Made by a program: the position numbers and the translations under genes. The notes beneath the pieces were generated by a model. It worked only from the letters and a program-made list of their open reading frames with translations, had not been told where the DNA came from and searched no databases. Positions 53,175-63,690 of a DNA stretch of 64,000 bases are shown here, piece by piece; the first letter of the stretch is position 1, and every line of letters begins with the position of its first letter. Origin of the DNA: Thermodesulfobacteriota bacterium (GTDB lineage Bacteria > Desulfobacterota_D > UBA1144 > Nemesobacterales > UBA2774); contig OZ244197.1 of the NCBI GenBank assembly GCA_965216785.1, positions 384,001 through 448,000 on the forward strand. Direction: 5' to 3'.

Positions 53175-54023
53175 TTAGTATACCAGGTAGAGTGCTATGT
53201 CTAAAGCTTTGGCAGAGTGTGTTACAGAGCCTACGGAAATGTAATCGACTCCTGTTTCCGCAATCCCCCTAACAGTTTCGAGCGTCACTCCGCCTGAAGC
53301 CTCTATGAGTGCTTTCCCATCTATTGCAGACACCGCTTCCCTCATATCCTGTGTAGACATGTTGTCGAGCATGATAATATCCGCCCCTGAGTTTAGCGCC
53401 TCACTTACCTCTGAGAGATTTGAGGTTTCGACTTCTATTTGGTATTTATCGCCGTACTTCCGCCTGACAACCTGCACAGCTTTTGAGATACCGCCGGCGG
53501 AGACTATGTGATTATCCTTAATAAGCACGCCGTCGTACAGCCCTATGCGGTGGTTCTGCCCGCCGCCGGTCAAGACCGCGTACTTATCGAGCACCCTGAG
53601 GCCGGGCGCAGTCTTTCTGGTATCTAGAATTTTAGCTTTATACCCCTCACACTCAGCTGCGTACTTTGAGGTCTCAGTAGCAATGCCCGAGAGCCTCTGG
53701 AGAATATTAAGAGCAAGCCTTTCGCCCGTCAGAATTGCTCTGGTGGGGGCCTCTATTTGTAAGATAACGTCCCCGGGCATAACCTTCGCGCCGTCTTCCT
53801 TTGAAAGTACAATACGCGCCTCAGGGGAAAGTCTTTTAAAGACCCTCTCCGCGATGGGGCCGCCCGCGAGTACGCCTTTCTCCTTCACGCGAATCTCAGC
53901 AGTCGATACTGCGTCAACAGAGCAGATAGTATCGGTCGTTACATCCCCAGGACCTACATCTTCCACAAGGGCGTTTTCTATAATCCGATCCACTTTTTCC
54001 CAATCAAGCTCCGGTCTGTTCAT
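53175..54023 (-). CDS. nadC: Nicotinate-nucleotide pyrophosphorylase (carboxylating)
   Basis: DTRKTAPG, NHRIGL, IKDNH, MLDNM, EASGG. Confidence 0.97.
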   Translation of the reverse strand: MNRPELDWEKVDRIIENALVEDVGPGDVTTDTICSVDAVSTAEIRVKEKGVLAGGPIAERVFKRLSPEARIVLSKEDGAKVMPGDVILQIEAPTRAILTGERLALNILQRLSGIATETSKYAAECEGYKAKILDTRKTAPGLRVLDKYAVLTGGGQNHRIGLYDGVLIKDNHIVSAGGISKAVQVVRRKYGDKYQIEVETSNLSEVSEALNSGADIIMLDNMSTQDMREAVSAIDGKALIEASGGVTLETVRGIAETGVDYISVGSVTHSAKALDIALYLVY

Positions 54024-54048
54024 TTCTCTATTCGTCCTAATCCAGGAA

Positions 54049-55656
54049 TTATTCTTTTATAATTTTAGGTTCTTTTCCCCTTTCGAGCACGATGTGGGAT
54101 TTCCAAGAAGGGTTTTCTTCCGGGAAATCTTCCCTCATGTGCACCCCTCTGGACTCTTCCCTAATCTGAGAGAATCTCGCTATTAGGTGTGATACCTCAA
54201 GTATCATGTTCAATTTTATTTTAAAGTAGCCGGTGAGCTTGTCCAGATATGCCGAGCACCCAGCCAGCTCATCTAAAGCTTCTTTAAGACCGGCGCTGTT
54301 TCTGACCATACCTACATCCCGGTTCATGATAGAGGATATAATGTTTCTGCATTCAATATATGTTTTTTGATCAGCATCGCTTGAGCCGCCTATATCGTAA
54401 TCTGTAAAATCGGGTAGTAAATCCCGGGGCAAATCTGTTATATCGGCTGAATTTTGAAGCGCTCCGTCGACAGCTCTTTTAGCAAACACTATACATTCGA
54501 GAAGGGAATTACTTGCAAGCCTATTTGCTCCGTGTACTCCGGTGCAGGCGACCTCTCCGCACGCGAATAATCCCTTTATATTAGTCTCGCCCTGAAGTCC
54601 GGTGCCGACACCGCCTATGGTATAGTGGGCCGCGGGCGCAACCGGGATCATGTCCTCTGTCATATCCACACCTAACTCTCTACAGGCAAGGTATATATTT
54701 GCAAACCGGGATTTTACTGTTTCGGCGTCCATGTGCTTTAGGTCTAGATACACAAAATCCTTTCCCGACTCATTCATCTCTTTATAAATTGCGCGCGATA
54801 CCACATCTCTTGGCGCAAGCTCGCCAAGCTCAGAGTAGTCCGGCATAAAACGTCTTCCCTCTATATTGATCAGGTGAGCCCCCTCACCCCTTACAGCCTC
54901 ACTGATCAGGAAACTGCTCCCTTCCTCACTGTAAAACGCCGTAGGATGGAACTGAACGAATTCCATATCCGTCACTCTAGCACCGGCCTGATAAGCGATC
55001 GATATCCCCTCTCCGGTAGACCCCCCGGGGTTGGTCGTGCGCTCAAATACAGCCGACGCCCCTCCTGTGGCGAGTATTGTAGAGCCCGCTGTGTAAATGA
55101 CAGGCTCAAACTTAGGGTCAAGGGCCAACGCCCCGTAACACCTGCCGTCCCCGGAAAGCAATTCCACGACTCCCGTACTCTCATATTTTGTAATCCCCGG
55201 GTTCTCCTCAACCGCTGCTATGAGAAAGCTCACCATTTCTCTTCCGGTGGAGCTTCCTCCCGCATGGAGAATTCTTCTTTTTGTGTGACCGCCTTCAAGC
55301 CCGAGAGCAGGTCCATCATCCCCCATATCAAACTCCATCCCGAGATCGATCAGGTCTGTAACCCGCTCAATACCCTCATTAACCAAAAGCTCAACCGCCC
55401 TCTCGTTACATAGACCCCGGCCCGCTCTGAGTGTATCTTCGATGTGGAAGAAGGCTGAATCTTCAGGATCAATAGCCGCCGCAATGCCCCCTTGGGCCCA
55501 AAAGGAATTACTCTCTTCGACCGTAGATTTGGTAAGTACACTCACTTTGCCGAACTGTGACGCGTACAGAGCGGCATAGAGTCCTGCAAGCCCGCTTCCG
55601 ATTATAAGAAAATCCGATTTGATTTCGGCGGGTACACGGAGGTTTTTATTTGTCAT
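54049..55656 (-). CDS. nadB: L-aspartate oxidase
   Basis: GSGLAGL, WAQGGIA, QFHPT, HGANRLASNSLLE. In nad operon. Confidence 0.97.
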   Translation of the reverse strand: MTNKNLRVPAEIKSDFLIIGSGLAGLYAALYASQFGKVSVLTKSTVEESNSFWAQGGIAAAIDPEDSAFFHIEDTLRAGRGLCNERAVELLVNEGIERVTDLIDLGMEFDMGDDGPALGLEGGHTKRRILHAGGSSTGREMVSFLIAAVEENPGITKYESTGVVELLSGDGRCYGALALDPKFEPVIYTAGSTILATGGASAVFERTTNPGGSTGEGISIAYQAGARVTDMEFVQFHPTAFYSEEGSSFLISEAVRGEGAHLINIEGRRFMPDYSELGELAPRDVVSRAIYKEMNESGKDFVYLDLKHMDAETVKSRFANIYLACRELGVDMTEDMIPVAPAAHYTIGGVGTGLQGETNIKGLFACGEVACTGVHGANRLASNSLLECIVFAKRAVDGALQNSADITDLPRDLLPDFTDYDIGGSSDADQKTYIECRNIISSIMNRDVGMVRNSAGLKEALDELAGCSAYLDKLTGYFKIKLNMILEVSHLIARFSQIREESRGVHMREDFPEENPSWKSHIVLERGKEPKIIKE

Positions 55657-55711
55657 ATGAATTTACGGCCTTTATTGCGTTAGTAGTGATAGTAATTACA
55701 TAAACTGCCGC

Positions 55712-58360
55712 TCAAAGCTCAACAATAGATTTGAAAATAGAAGCTTTTATTTCTTCCATTCGCCCAGAGTCGGTTAATTTCGCTCCTTTGGAATCTGTAA
55801 CGTAAAACGCATCCACCACCTGATCGACCTTGGTCGATATCTTGGCGTATACTACCGAGAGCCCGAGCTTTTTTATGGCCTTAGTAATATCATAAAGCAA
55901 TCCGGGACGGTCGTATGTGTATATATCTATAACCGTCGCTATGTCAGAGGATTCATTATCTATCTCAATCTTGGTCGGGTACAGAGGAATGGATTTAGTG
56001 AATTTAGAACGGGCTCTTTTTCTCTTTGCAACAAGCTTTTCAACATCTGTCTTGGCTATCATGACGTTACGCATATTGGACCCGAGCTTATCCCAAGCCT
56101 GATCGCCGTCATCTGAGGACTTACCCAGCCGGTTAACATAGAATACGTCCAGAATCCTGCCGTCGTCTCTGGTAGCGATCCTCGCACCGAGCACATTAAA
56201 CCCGCTTGCCCTTATAACCCCGCAGAGCTTTGAGAATATACCCGGCTCATCAAACCCCCAGAACGTAAACTCGTCGTACCCCTCGTTAGGATAATATTCC
56301 ACTTCCATACCGATCCCGTCCTTTGAGCGGTCTATGATGCCGATGTGGTAAGCGATCTTTTTTGGTGAAAACCCGCGGAAATAAGAATCGGGCATGCCTT
56401 TTATAATAGTCTTAACTTTGCGCTTTGAATACTTGTTATCCAGTATACGCACCACTTCATCCGTGACTCTATTTAGGCGATCCTCAGGGTTCTCTTTTTT
56501 AAACTCACCCTGCTCCAGCACATTTACCGTCCTTATGAATAGCTCTTTTAAGAGCATCGCCTTCCAGTTAGTCCATACATCAGGCCCTACGGATTTAATA
56601 TCTGCAAATGTCAGGAGATAGAGAAGTGACAGGGTTTCAAGGGACTTAACCGATTTTGCGAACCTTACAATCATACTGTAGTCGTGTATGTCGCGTCTCT
56701 GGGAAAAATGAGACATGATCAGGTGGTGCTTTACCAAAAATTCGAGCTGCTCACTCTCATGCTTCGTGAGCCCCATTCGCTTGGAAAGTTTAGGGATCAT
56801 GGCGGCGCCCTTCTGTGCGTGATTGCGTCCCTCCCCCTTTCCCATATCGTGAAAGAGGCAAGCCAGATACAGCACATGTCTGTTCATAAGTGATTCGGCG
56901 GTCTTCGTCAGAAGCGGCAGATCGTCATAGTACTTATAGCTCAAGAGGTTTTCTATCTCTCTGACCATGAATATAGAATGTACGTCCACCGTGTATACGT
57001 GGTACGCGTCGTGCTGCGCCATGCAAACGATTTTTCCGAACTCGGGTATGTAATAACCAAGGAGCCTGAGCCTATTCATTTCAAATAAAACGTCTGCAAC
57101 ATTTTTCCCTTTCTTAAGGATTCTAAGGAACGAGGCGTTAAAATCGGGATTGGACCGAACACTCTCATCAATTGTGGTAACACTCACCTGCTCTCTGATT
57201 AAATCCATCAGATAAGAGCTCATCTTAACCTGGTGCTTGTCTGAATACTCAAAAGCCCTCATCAGGTTTGCCGGATCTTCTTTAAACTCCTCAGGATCGG
57301 TAACTGAAAGCGCGCTGCCTTGAATTATAAATCCATGCTCAAGTTTGGTCTTTTTAGATGAGCGTACCCTGCCTTGGTCTGCCGTACATCTTTCAATAAG
57401 CCTTTTAGAGTGCTCCCTTATTTCGTTTGCCCGCAGGTAATATATTCTGAGAAACCTCTCGACCGCGGGAAGCTCGGCGTCTTTAAACCCGAGGAACTTT
57501 GCAATACTCTCCTGAAATTCAAAGCTCATCCGGTCCTCCGCTCTGCCCGCCAGATAGTGGAGCTCGGAGCGTATTAAAAGTAAGAAGTTAAGCGCCTTTT
57601 CAAAAGCCTTAAGCTCCTTATCTATCAAAACACCTTTGGGTAAAAGCTCTGAGAAGGTTTTTACCTTAAACTTCGCCTGCGCAATCCAGAGGGCATAGTT
57701 AATGTCTCTGAGCCCCCCTTCGCTCTCTTTTAAGTTGGGCTCTAAGAGATACACAGACCTTCCGAAGCGGTTTATTCTGTTTTCATTCTCTTCTATCTTA
57801 CTTTGAATAAATTTACCGGAAATAGCTGGCAGCAAATCTTCGTACAGGGCGCTGTCGAATTCAGAATAAAGCTGTTTGTCTCCGAATACGAACCTGCCAT
57901 CTAGTAGAGAAGTGAGAATCGTAGTGTCGTCGTCTTCCTGAGCAAGCTCTAAACATTCATCTATTGTCCTTACAGAGTGTCCGACATCAAGGTTTAAATC
58001 CCAGAGAAGATAGAGGAGTTTTTCTGTTACGTCCTTTGCCAGGGTTTTATTGCGGGGCTTGTATAGAAACATCAGATCAATGTCCGAGTAAGGACATAGC
58101 TCCTTTCTACCGTATCCCCCGAGCGCCAGAATAGCTACGTTTTTAAGATCCGTAAAGCCCTGGCCGACAATGCACTGCTTTATCAGTTTATCTATAATGT
58201 CCGTTCGCTTCTCTGCTAGCAAGCTTCCAGAAAGCGCGCGGTTGCGTTTGGCTTTTTTATTATGCAGATCCCTAAGTTCAGACTGCTTACGGTCGAGCCT
58301 TTGTTTTATTTGCTCGAACAGATCATCTTTTTGTGTTGCCAGACTGTTTGCTTTTTGCAT
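55712..58360 (-). CDS. glnD: [Protein-PII] uridylyltransferase
   Basis: ALGGYGRKELCPYSDIDL, NLKESEGGLRD, HD domain (YTVDVH, FHDMGKG), two ACT domains. Confidence 0.97.
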   Translation of the reverse strand: MQKANSLATQKDDLFEQIKQRLDRKQSELRDLHNKKAKRNRALSGSLLAEKRTDIIDKLIKQCIVGQGFTDLKNVAILALGGYGRKELCPYSDIDLMFLYKPRNKTLAKDVTEKLLYLLWDLNLDVGHSVRTIDECLELAQEDDDTTILTSLLDGRFVFGDKQLYSEFDSALYEDLLPAISGKFIQSKIEENENRINRFGRSVYLLEPNLKESEGGLRDINYALWIAQAKFKVKTFSELLPKGVLIDKELKAFEKALNFLLLIRSELHYLAGRAEDRMSFEFQESIAKFLGFKDAELPAVERFLRIYYLRANEIREHSKRLIERCTADQGRVRSSKKTKLEHGFIIQGSALSVTDPEEFKEDPANLMRAFEYSDKHQVKMSSYLMDLIREQVSVTTIDESVRSNPDFNASFLRILKKGKNVADVLFEMNRLRLLGYYIPEFGKIVCMAQHDAYHVYTVDVHSIFMVREIENLLSYKYYDDLPLLTKTAESLMNRHVLYLACLFHDMGKGEGRNHAQKGAAMIPKLSKRMGLTKHESEQLEFLVKHHLIMSHFSQRRDIHDYSMIVRFAKSVKSLETLSLLYLLTFADIKSVGPDVWTNWKAMLLKELFIRTVNVLEQGEFKKENPEDRLNRVTDEVVRILDNKYSKRKVKTIIKGMPDSYFRGFSPKKIAYHIGIIDRSKDGIGMEVEYYPNEGYDEFTFWGFDEPGIFSKLCGVIRASGFNVLGARIATRDDGRILDVFYVNRLGKSSDDGDQAWDKLGSNMRNVMIAKTDVEKLVAKRKRARSKFTKSIPLYPTKIEIDNESSDIATVIDIYTYDRPGLLYDITKAIKKLGLSVVYAKISTKVDQVVDAFYVTDSKGAKLTDSGRMEEIKASIFKSIVEL

Positions 58361-58524
58361 AAGCTCTTCTCAATATTTAAAACTTTATCTCTATTATTGT
58401 ACCGCAGTGTTAGAAATATATAACCCCCGGCTACGGTAAGCTTAGAGCCCTTGTATTCACCATATGCACCAGGCTATACTGAGATATTGTAATTGAAAAG
58501 CTCAAATCTGAGATTGCGGCTATC

Positions 58525-59085
58525 TTAATCTTTTTTGAATTCAACAAAGGTTTCTGTAAATCCGGCCCGTTTATTCTCTACCCTAGCCATCACAAAAAGG
58601 AGATCAGATAGACGGTTCACATATACAAGCGTATTTTGGTTAACCTCTTCCTCATTCATGAGGCTTACTATTTTCCTTTCCGCCCTTCTGGACACGGTTC
58701 TGGATAAATGCAGGTTAGCCCCACCTTCGTTCCCGCTCGGGAGTATAAACTCTTTAAGGGGCTCAAGCTCCTCTAAAAGTTTATCTATTAATAATTCGAG
58801 CTCCTCTACCCTATCCCCGCTTATCCTGGGTACGTCTACGTCCGGCGGGCTTGCCAGATCTGCGCCTATGATAAATAAATCGTTTTGAATCTCAATCAGG
58901 ATCGCGTTAAGCTCTTCGTCCTGCACATGGAGCCGCGCAATTCCAAGCACTGCGTTTAACTCGTCGATATCGCCGTAAGCCTCCACCCTGGGAGAAGATT
59001 TACTGACCCTGACACCGCTAATTAGCGATGTTTGGCCTTCATCCCCGGTTTTGGTATAGACCTTCGTTATTCTCTTTTTCGCCAC
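58525..59085 (-). CDS. pduO: Cob(I)alamin adenosyltransferase, PduO type
   Basis: [32 protein letters not shown]. Confidence 0.93.
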   Translation of the reverse strand: MAKKRITKVYTKTGDEGQTSLISGVRVSKSSPRVEAYGDIDELNAVLGIARLHVQDEELNAILIEIQNDLFIIGADLASPPDVDVPRISGDRVEELELLIDKLLEELEPLKEFILPSGNEGGANLHLSRTVSRRAERKIVSLMNEEEVNQNTLVYVNRLSDLLFVMARVENKRAGFTETFVEFKKD

Positions 59086-59144
59086 AGAGAGATTCTAACC
59101 GAACGGCAATATGGGTTCAAACGCTTTGATATGGAAACAGTTAA

Positions 59145-59185
59145 GAATTTACGTGCCTCAGTAGGTTGTCGAAGCACGTAAATTC
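59145..59185. other. 12-bp perfect inverted repeat downstream of trxA (terminator or operator)
   Basis: GAATTTACGTGC-N17-GCACGTAAATTC. Confidence 0.6.
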
Positions 59186-59231
59186 GGTCTTTTCGAGTTA
59201 TTAATCGTACTACTAATATGTTAGGGGAAAA

Positions 59232-59573
59232 TCAGGCGGAAAGCCTGTGCTCTAGAGCGCTTTGTATAGCTTGTTCAATATTTTTCTTTGGAAGAGCGCC
59301 CAGTATCCGGTCTTTTTCCACTCCATTCTCAAATATGATCATAGTCGGAATGCTTCTTATCCCGTAAGAAGAAGCCGTTACCGGATTTTCATCTACATTA
59401 AGCTTTGTGACCTTGAGCCGTCCCTCATATTCCTCTGAAAGCTCCTGTATGGTAGGCGCTAAAGCCCTGCAAGGACCACACCATTCAGCCCAAAAATCCA
59501 CGAGCACGGGAGTCCCGGAGCCGATCACTTCATTTTCAAAATTCTCATCTGTGATTTCTATTGGTTTATTCAT
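59232..59573 (-). CDS. trxA: Thioredoxin
   Basis: VDFWAEWCGPC, GIRSIPT. Confidence 0.97.
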   Translation of the reverse strand: MNKPIEITDENFENEVIGSGTPVLVDFWAEWCGPCRALAPTIQELSEEYEGRLKVTKLNVDENPVTASSYGIRSIPTMIIFENGVEKDRILGALPKKNIEQAIQSALEHRLSA

Positions 59574-59798
59574 GTTCTCGTTACCCCTTTTAACACTTAA
59601 TTTTATGACTGTTTAGAGTCAGTTTTACATAAAAGGATTCATATGCAAGCCCCAGAAAGTCTAAATCTTACTGTTTATAAAACTATAAAAAGAACCTGAA
59701 TTAATGCTAATGGCTGTTCTGATATAGTTGAAAAAAAGAGGGCTCTTTGTGCTATACTTAAGGTTAAGAGTTAGATATTTATTGCTACGGATAAATAT

Positions 59799-60500
59799 AT
59801 GGATCTATCTGAACTTGATTTAAAGGGAGTATCTAATCTGGATAGCTTTTCGGGAATAATACCTTTATTTCCGCTCTCTACTGTAGTATTTTTCCCCAAC
59901 ACCCTCCTTCCACTCCATATTTTCGAGCCCAGATATAAACAGATGGTAAACGATGTACTAAATACCGAGAAAATTATCGGAATGGCCCTGTTAAAACCAG
60001 GGTGGGGAGATAACTATTACGGGAACCCAGAGATTTTCGACACAGTAGGGATGGGGAGAATCGTAAGCTCGGAAAGCTATGGGGACGGAAGAATAAATAT
60101 TGTACTCTACGGTCTAAAGAGGGTAAGAATTGTAGATATTTTAGAGGAGCTCCCATACAGACTTGCGCGCGTGGATATAGTAAACGACCTGCACGGCTCC
60201 CAAGAAGAGGCCCTTCGAGTACGTATAGGTGAGCTCATTAACAGATGGAACCTGCTTACCCACGACACGGAAAAGTCTCACAAGATCAAAATTAATACTA
60301 ACCTTCCTCTCGACAGCCTTACCGACGCGCTAGGCACATTAATATTTTCAAATGTATTTGATAAACAGACGCTACTTGAAGAGCCGAGTGTAGAAAAGAG
60401 GGCCGAGATATTAATTAGAGACCTCGAGACAAGGCTCGAGATAATATCCATCACATCGAGTAAAAAAAGTGAAATAATAAAGAAAAGGCATCTTAACTGA
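59799..60500 (+). CDS. LON peptidase substrate-binding (N-terminal) domain protein
   Basis: PLFPL..VFFP...PLHIFEPRY. No ATPase or protease domain. Extended -10 TGCTATACT at 59750-59758. Confidence 0.9.
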   Translation: MDLSELDLKGVSNLDSFSGIIPLFPLSTVVFFPNTLLPLHIFEPRYKQMVNDVLNTEKIIGMALLKPGWGDNYYGNPEIFDTVGMGRIVSSESYGDGRINIVLYGLKRVRIVDILEELPYRLARVDIVNDLHGSQEEALRVRIGELINRWNLLTHDTEKSHKIKINTNLPLDSLTDALGTLIFSNVFDKQTLLEEPSVEKRAEILIRDLETRLEIISITSSKKSEIIKKRHLN

Positions 60501-60502
60501 GA

Positions 60503-61294
60503 CTAGTCTTTAGCCAAAAAATGGAGTACCAGGCTGTCCACTTCCTGCTGCCTTTCTCTCCAGAACCCATGCCCCACACCCGTAAAGACGCAAAGCTCGG
60601 ACTTTGGAATAAGCCGGGACAGCTCGCGCGTGCGCTCGGGGGCGGTTATCTGATCGGACTCTCCCATCATTACAAATGCTCGGTGGCTTATGTTCGGCAG
60701 ATGATCAAGCGTATTGTGCCCTTCACAGGCCAAGCTCTGCCCTATATAACCTTCAAGCGCATCCGGATTATCCCCGATCATTTTGGAGACCTTATTCAAT
60801 CTATCTATGTTCGTCTCGATATACTCCCTGGTATACCCAAGATGTAGCGCCATGAACCATACTGCTCTGAGACCTGCTTTAGAGGCTATCTCTCTACCCA
60901 TCCTGAGAATCTCGTTCCCAACCTGATCGCGCGATCCGGAGCTGCAGCCCATTACGAGCTTACTTACCCTATCAGGGTGCTTTATCGCAAGCCACTGAGC
61001 TATCATCCCGCCCATCGATTTCCCTACAATGTGCGCCTGCTCAATCGAGAGCGCGTCCATTAAGGCCGCCGTATCGTCCGCCATCCCCTCGGTTGAGTAG
61101 GGAGACTTGGGCTTGTCCGATTTCCCAGCGCCCCGGTTATCGAAGACTATTACTTTATAGTTTTTTGAATAAATTGGGACCTGGACGTCCCAGCTCTGCC
61201 CCTGGCTCCCGAGACCGCTTATCATGACCACAGGGTAGCCTTCTCCGTGAACCTCATAATAAATATTTATTCCATTTACTTGTACGTATGGCAT
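60503..61294 (-). CDS. Alpha/beta hydrolase
   Basis: FDNRGAGKS, GKSMGG nucleophile elbow, C-terminal GH. Confidence 0.92.
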   Translation of the reverse strand: MPYVQVNGINIYYEVHGEGYPVVMISGLGSQGQSWDVQVPIYSKNYKVIVFDNRGAGKSDKPKSPYSTEGMADDTAALMDALSIEQAHIVGKSMGGMIAQWLAIKHPDRVSKLVMGCSSGSRDQVGNEILRMGREIASKAGLRAVWFMALHLGYTREYIETNIDRLNKVSKMIGDNPDALEGYIGQSLACEGHNTLDHLPNISHRAFVMMGESDQITAPERTRELSRLIPKSELCVFTGVGHGFWRERQQEVDSLVLHFLAKD

Positions 61295-61317
61295 TATATC
61301 AGTCTTCCCTTATTTAT

Positions 61318-61746
61318 TCAGTCGTTACTAGCTGTGAGCTCTCTTGACCTAAGATACTCCTCCAGTATAAAAACTGCAGCCATTTTGTCTATGACCTTCT
61401 TTCTTTTTTTTCTGCTTACATTCGCGCCTATAAGCCTTTTCTCCGCGTTTACAGTGGAGAAGCTCTCGTCCCAGTACTTTAGCGGTATATTAACCGCTTC
61501 TTTGAGCTTATCCGCAAATTTTAAAATCTCTTCGCCCCTTACCGAAACCTCGCCTTTCATATCGTATGGTACTCCGACAACTATCTCCGAGGGATCATAG
61601 CTTTCCACTAACTTTTTAACCTCATCCGTATCGTAACTGATGTTTTTTCTCAGGATCGTAGTAACCCCGTTAGCGGTTATACAAAGCTCATCGCTTACGG
61701 CTACTCCTATGGTTTTCGTTCCAACGTCAAGAGCCAAAATGCGCAT
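61318..61746 (-). CDS. ruvX: YqgF/RuvX family nuclease
   Basis: MRILALDVGTKTIGVAVSD, WDESFST, IDKMAA. Confidence 0.95.
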   Translation of the reverse strand: MRILALDVGTKTIGVAVSDELCITANGVTTILRKNISYDTDEVKKLVESYDPSEIVVGVPYDMKGEVSVRGEEILKFADKLKEAVNIPLKYWDESFSTVNAEKRLIGANVSRKKRKKVIDKMAAVFILEEYLRSRELTASND

Positions 61747-61806
61747 AAGATAGAGTAAAGATCGATCCGAGTATTTTAATATCATGGTAACCCAAATCAG
61801 GCTAGG

Positions 61807-62622
61807 TTAAAAGTACAGATCATAGAACATATCCAAAGAGACTACAAACAGGAATACCGCAAATACGCGCCTCAACCTGTCCTGGCTGAGACGGTTTGCG
61901 AGCTTTACACCATAGGGAGCGGCCAGGAGTACTACCGGGGCCATTACTACAACAGAAGTCAAATCCACGTAGCCAAGTGAGAAGACGGGTCTTCCCGGAA
62001 CATGGATACCGTTGAATACCGAGCCCACCGTCCCGATTACGCTAATAAACAACCCCCCTGCGGTCGCAACTGCTATGGAGCGGTGTATCGAATATCCAAA
62101 TGCTGTAAGTGCGGGCGTAGTAAAGCTCCCGCCCGTGAGACCGACCATCGTTGAAGAGCCGCCGATTATAAAAGCCATGATACTCCTTACAATCCCTCCC
62201 GGAACATCTGAGGTAAGCTTGAAATCCTTGGTCGTGAAAAACATCTGTACCGATACAGCTAAAATTATGAACGCGAACACCTGCACAAGAAATCTGCTGG
62301 AGACGTAGCGCATGATGAAAAGACCGAGCACTACTCCCAGCACAAGACCGGGTATCCACGTTTTCAAAAATGATATATCGATATTACCGGCTTTATACTG
62401 GGCTCTCGAAGCGCTCACCGAGGAAGGAATCGCAAGTGTAAGAGAAGTGCCCGCTGCCAGGTGCATGACAACCGAGGCGTGTACACCGAAGATCGGAAAC
62501 AAAAAGAGAAATAAGGGAATCCTCACTATTCCGCCTCCTACCCCGAACAGACCCGAAGCGAATCCGGAGACAACACCAGCGGCAAGCAGACTGAGTACAT
62601 ATGTGATCCAGTGCATTTCCAT
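61807..62622 (-). CDS. Sulfite exporter TauE/SafE family
   Basis: SGLFGVGGG, GTSL, GLTGGS, about 8 TMs. Confidence 0.9.
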   Translation of the reverse strand: MEMHWITYVLSLLAAGVVSGFASGLFGVGGGIVRIPLFLFLFPIFGVHASVVMHLAAGTSLTLAIPSSVSASRAQYKAGNIDISFLKTWIPGLVLGVVLGLFIMRYVSSRFLVQVFAFIILAVSVQMFFTTKDFKLTSDVPGGIVRSIMAFIIGGSSTMVGLTGGSFTTPALTAFGYSIHRSIAVATAGGLFISVIGTVGSVFNGIHVPGRPVFSLGYVDLTSVVVMAPVVLLAAPYGVKLANRLSQDRLRRVFAVFLFVVSLDMFYDLYF

Positions 62623-62633
62623 ATCGATCTAAT

Positions 62634-63575
62634 TTACCCCGGCCCGTCCTGTCCGGTAAATCTTGACGCCAGATACCTCATGAAAGAATGTAGCCTGTCA
62701 GTTAATAAAATGTCTTCCTTACAAAAGATATCTCTTTTGGGCACGAGCTTCGCGTACTCTTTGTTTTTATAGGTATTTATCCTGTTCTTCCATCCGGGAA
62801 TCCATCTATTCTCGTTCCTTTCAGGAGGCGCATTTTTGACTCGTCTTACGAGCACAAACTCTGCTTTATCAGCAAATTCCTCAAGCGCCCCGAACCCGGA
62901 CTCAGTGCCGTTCATCTCGGTAAGCACTTGAAGTAGCCCCCACCCTTCGCCGCCGTAACGCTCAGTCTGTGCTACGCCCTCTCCCTTAAAATTCACATAG
63001 TCTATGAGTACATACATACCCATGGGAGAGTTAGCTACTCTGTAGAACTGGGTTTTAATATGCTCTCTGTCGCTTTTCGGCGCCGCATCTAAAATCTTGG
63101 GCAGACTTTCCTCAAGCCTCCCGGCCATAAATAGAGACTGAAGCGGGACTGTTTCGAGCAGGAAGTTTCGTAAGGACACCATTTTCGGGCTATTGAAATC
63201 TCTCAGGAACTGCTCACGCGTGTCCCATGGGAGCTCGGGCTCGGGCATCTCTTCGATCCAATCCGGCAGTGTAGCGCCATTATCACTTAGAAACGCGAGC
63301 ACCGCTGGAAACGTCTCGAAAAAAGGATATTCCTTACCCCTAGGAAACCAGAGAAAGTGCCCAATCCCAAGTGAAGCAAACTCTTCCCCCTCGTTCCACA
63401 CAGTTAGGTTCTGAACCTTTCCGGCGCCTTCGTTAATGAATATGAGCTCACCGATTGTTTGCAGCTCTTCTTCTGGAATACAAATCTTCTCTTCACTGCA
63501 CGAAAAAAAAGAGAAAGCTGTAAGGGAAATCAGGCAGAATCTAACTATAGGGTTATAGAATGGGCTTATAAACAT
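62634..63575 (-). CDS. Hypothetical lipoprotein, possible lysozyme-like fold
   Basis: Lipobox FFSC, NE...SLGIGHF, DYVNFKG, GWKNR. Confidence 0.65.
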   Translation of the reverse strand: MFISPFYNPIVRFCLISLTAFSFFSCSEEKICIPEEELQTIGELIFINEGAGKVQNLTVWNEGEEFASLGIGHFLWFPRGKEYPFFETFPAVLAFLSDNGATLPDWIEEMPEPELPWDTREQFLRDFNSPKMVSLRNFLLETVPLQSLFMAGRLEESLPKILDAAPKSDREHIKTQFYRVANSPMGMYVLIDYVNFKGEGVAQTERYGGEGWGLLQVLTEMNGTESGFGALEEFADKAEFVLVRRVKNAPPERNENRWIPGWKNRINTYKNKEYAKLVPKRDIFCKEDILLTDRLHSFMRYLASRFTGQDGPG

Positions 63576-63690
63576 ATGAATATCAATCCGAGGGAAATAA
63601 TCTCAGCATTTTTCCGGGCGTAATTAGTACAAAACCGCTTAGAAGCTATTATATATAGAAGCGCCCCGAATTGATAGGACGACAAATCAC

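Noticed and set aside
49829-55413. Long antisense ORFs (49829-50392, 53545-54186, 54874-55413)
   Set aside because: They lie almost entirely opposite rho, nadC and nadB and have no motifs. Treated as shadow ORFs, like most short ORFs in the track.
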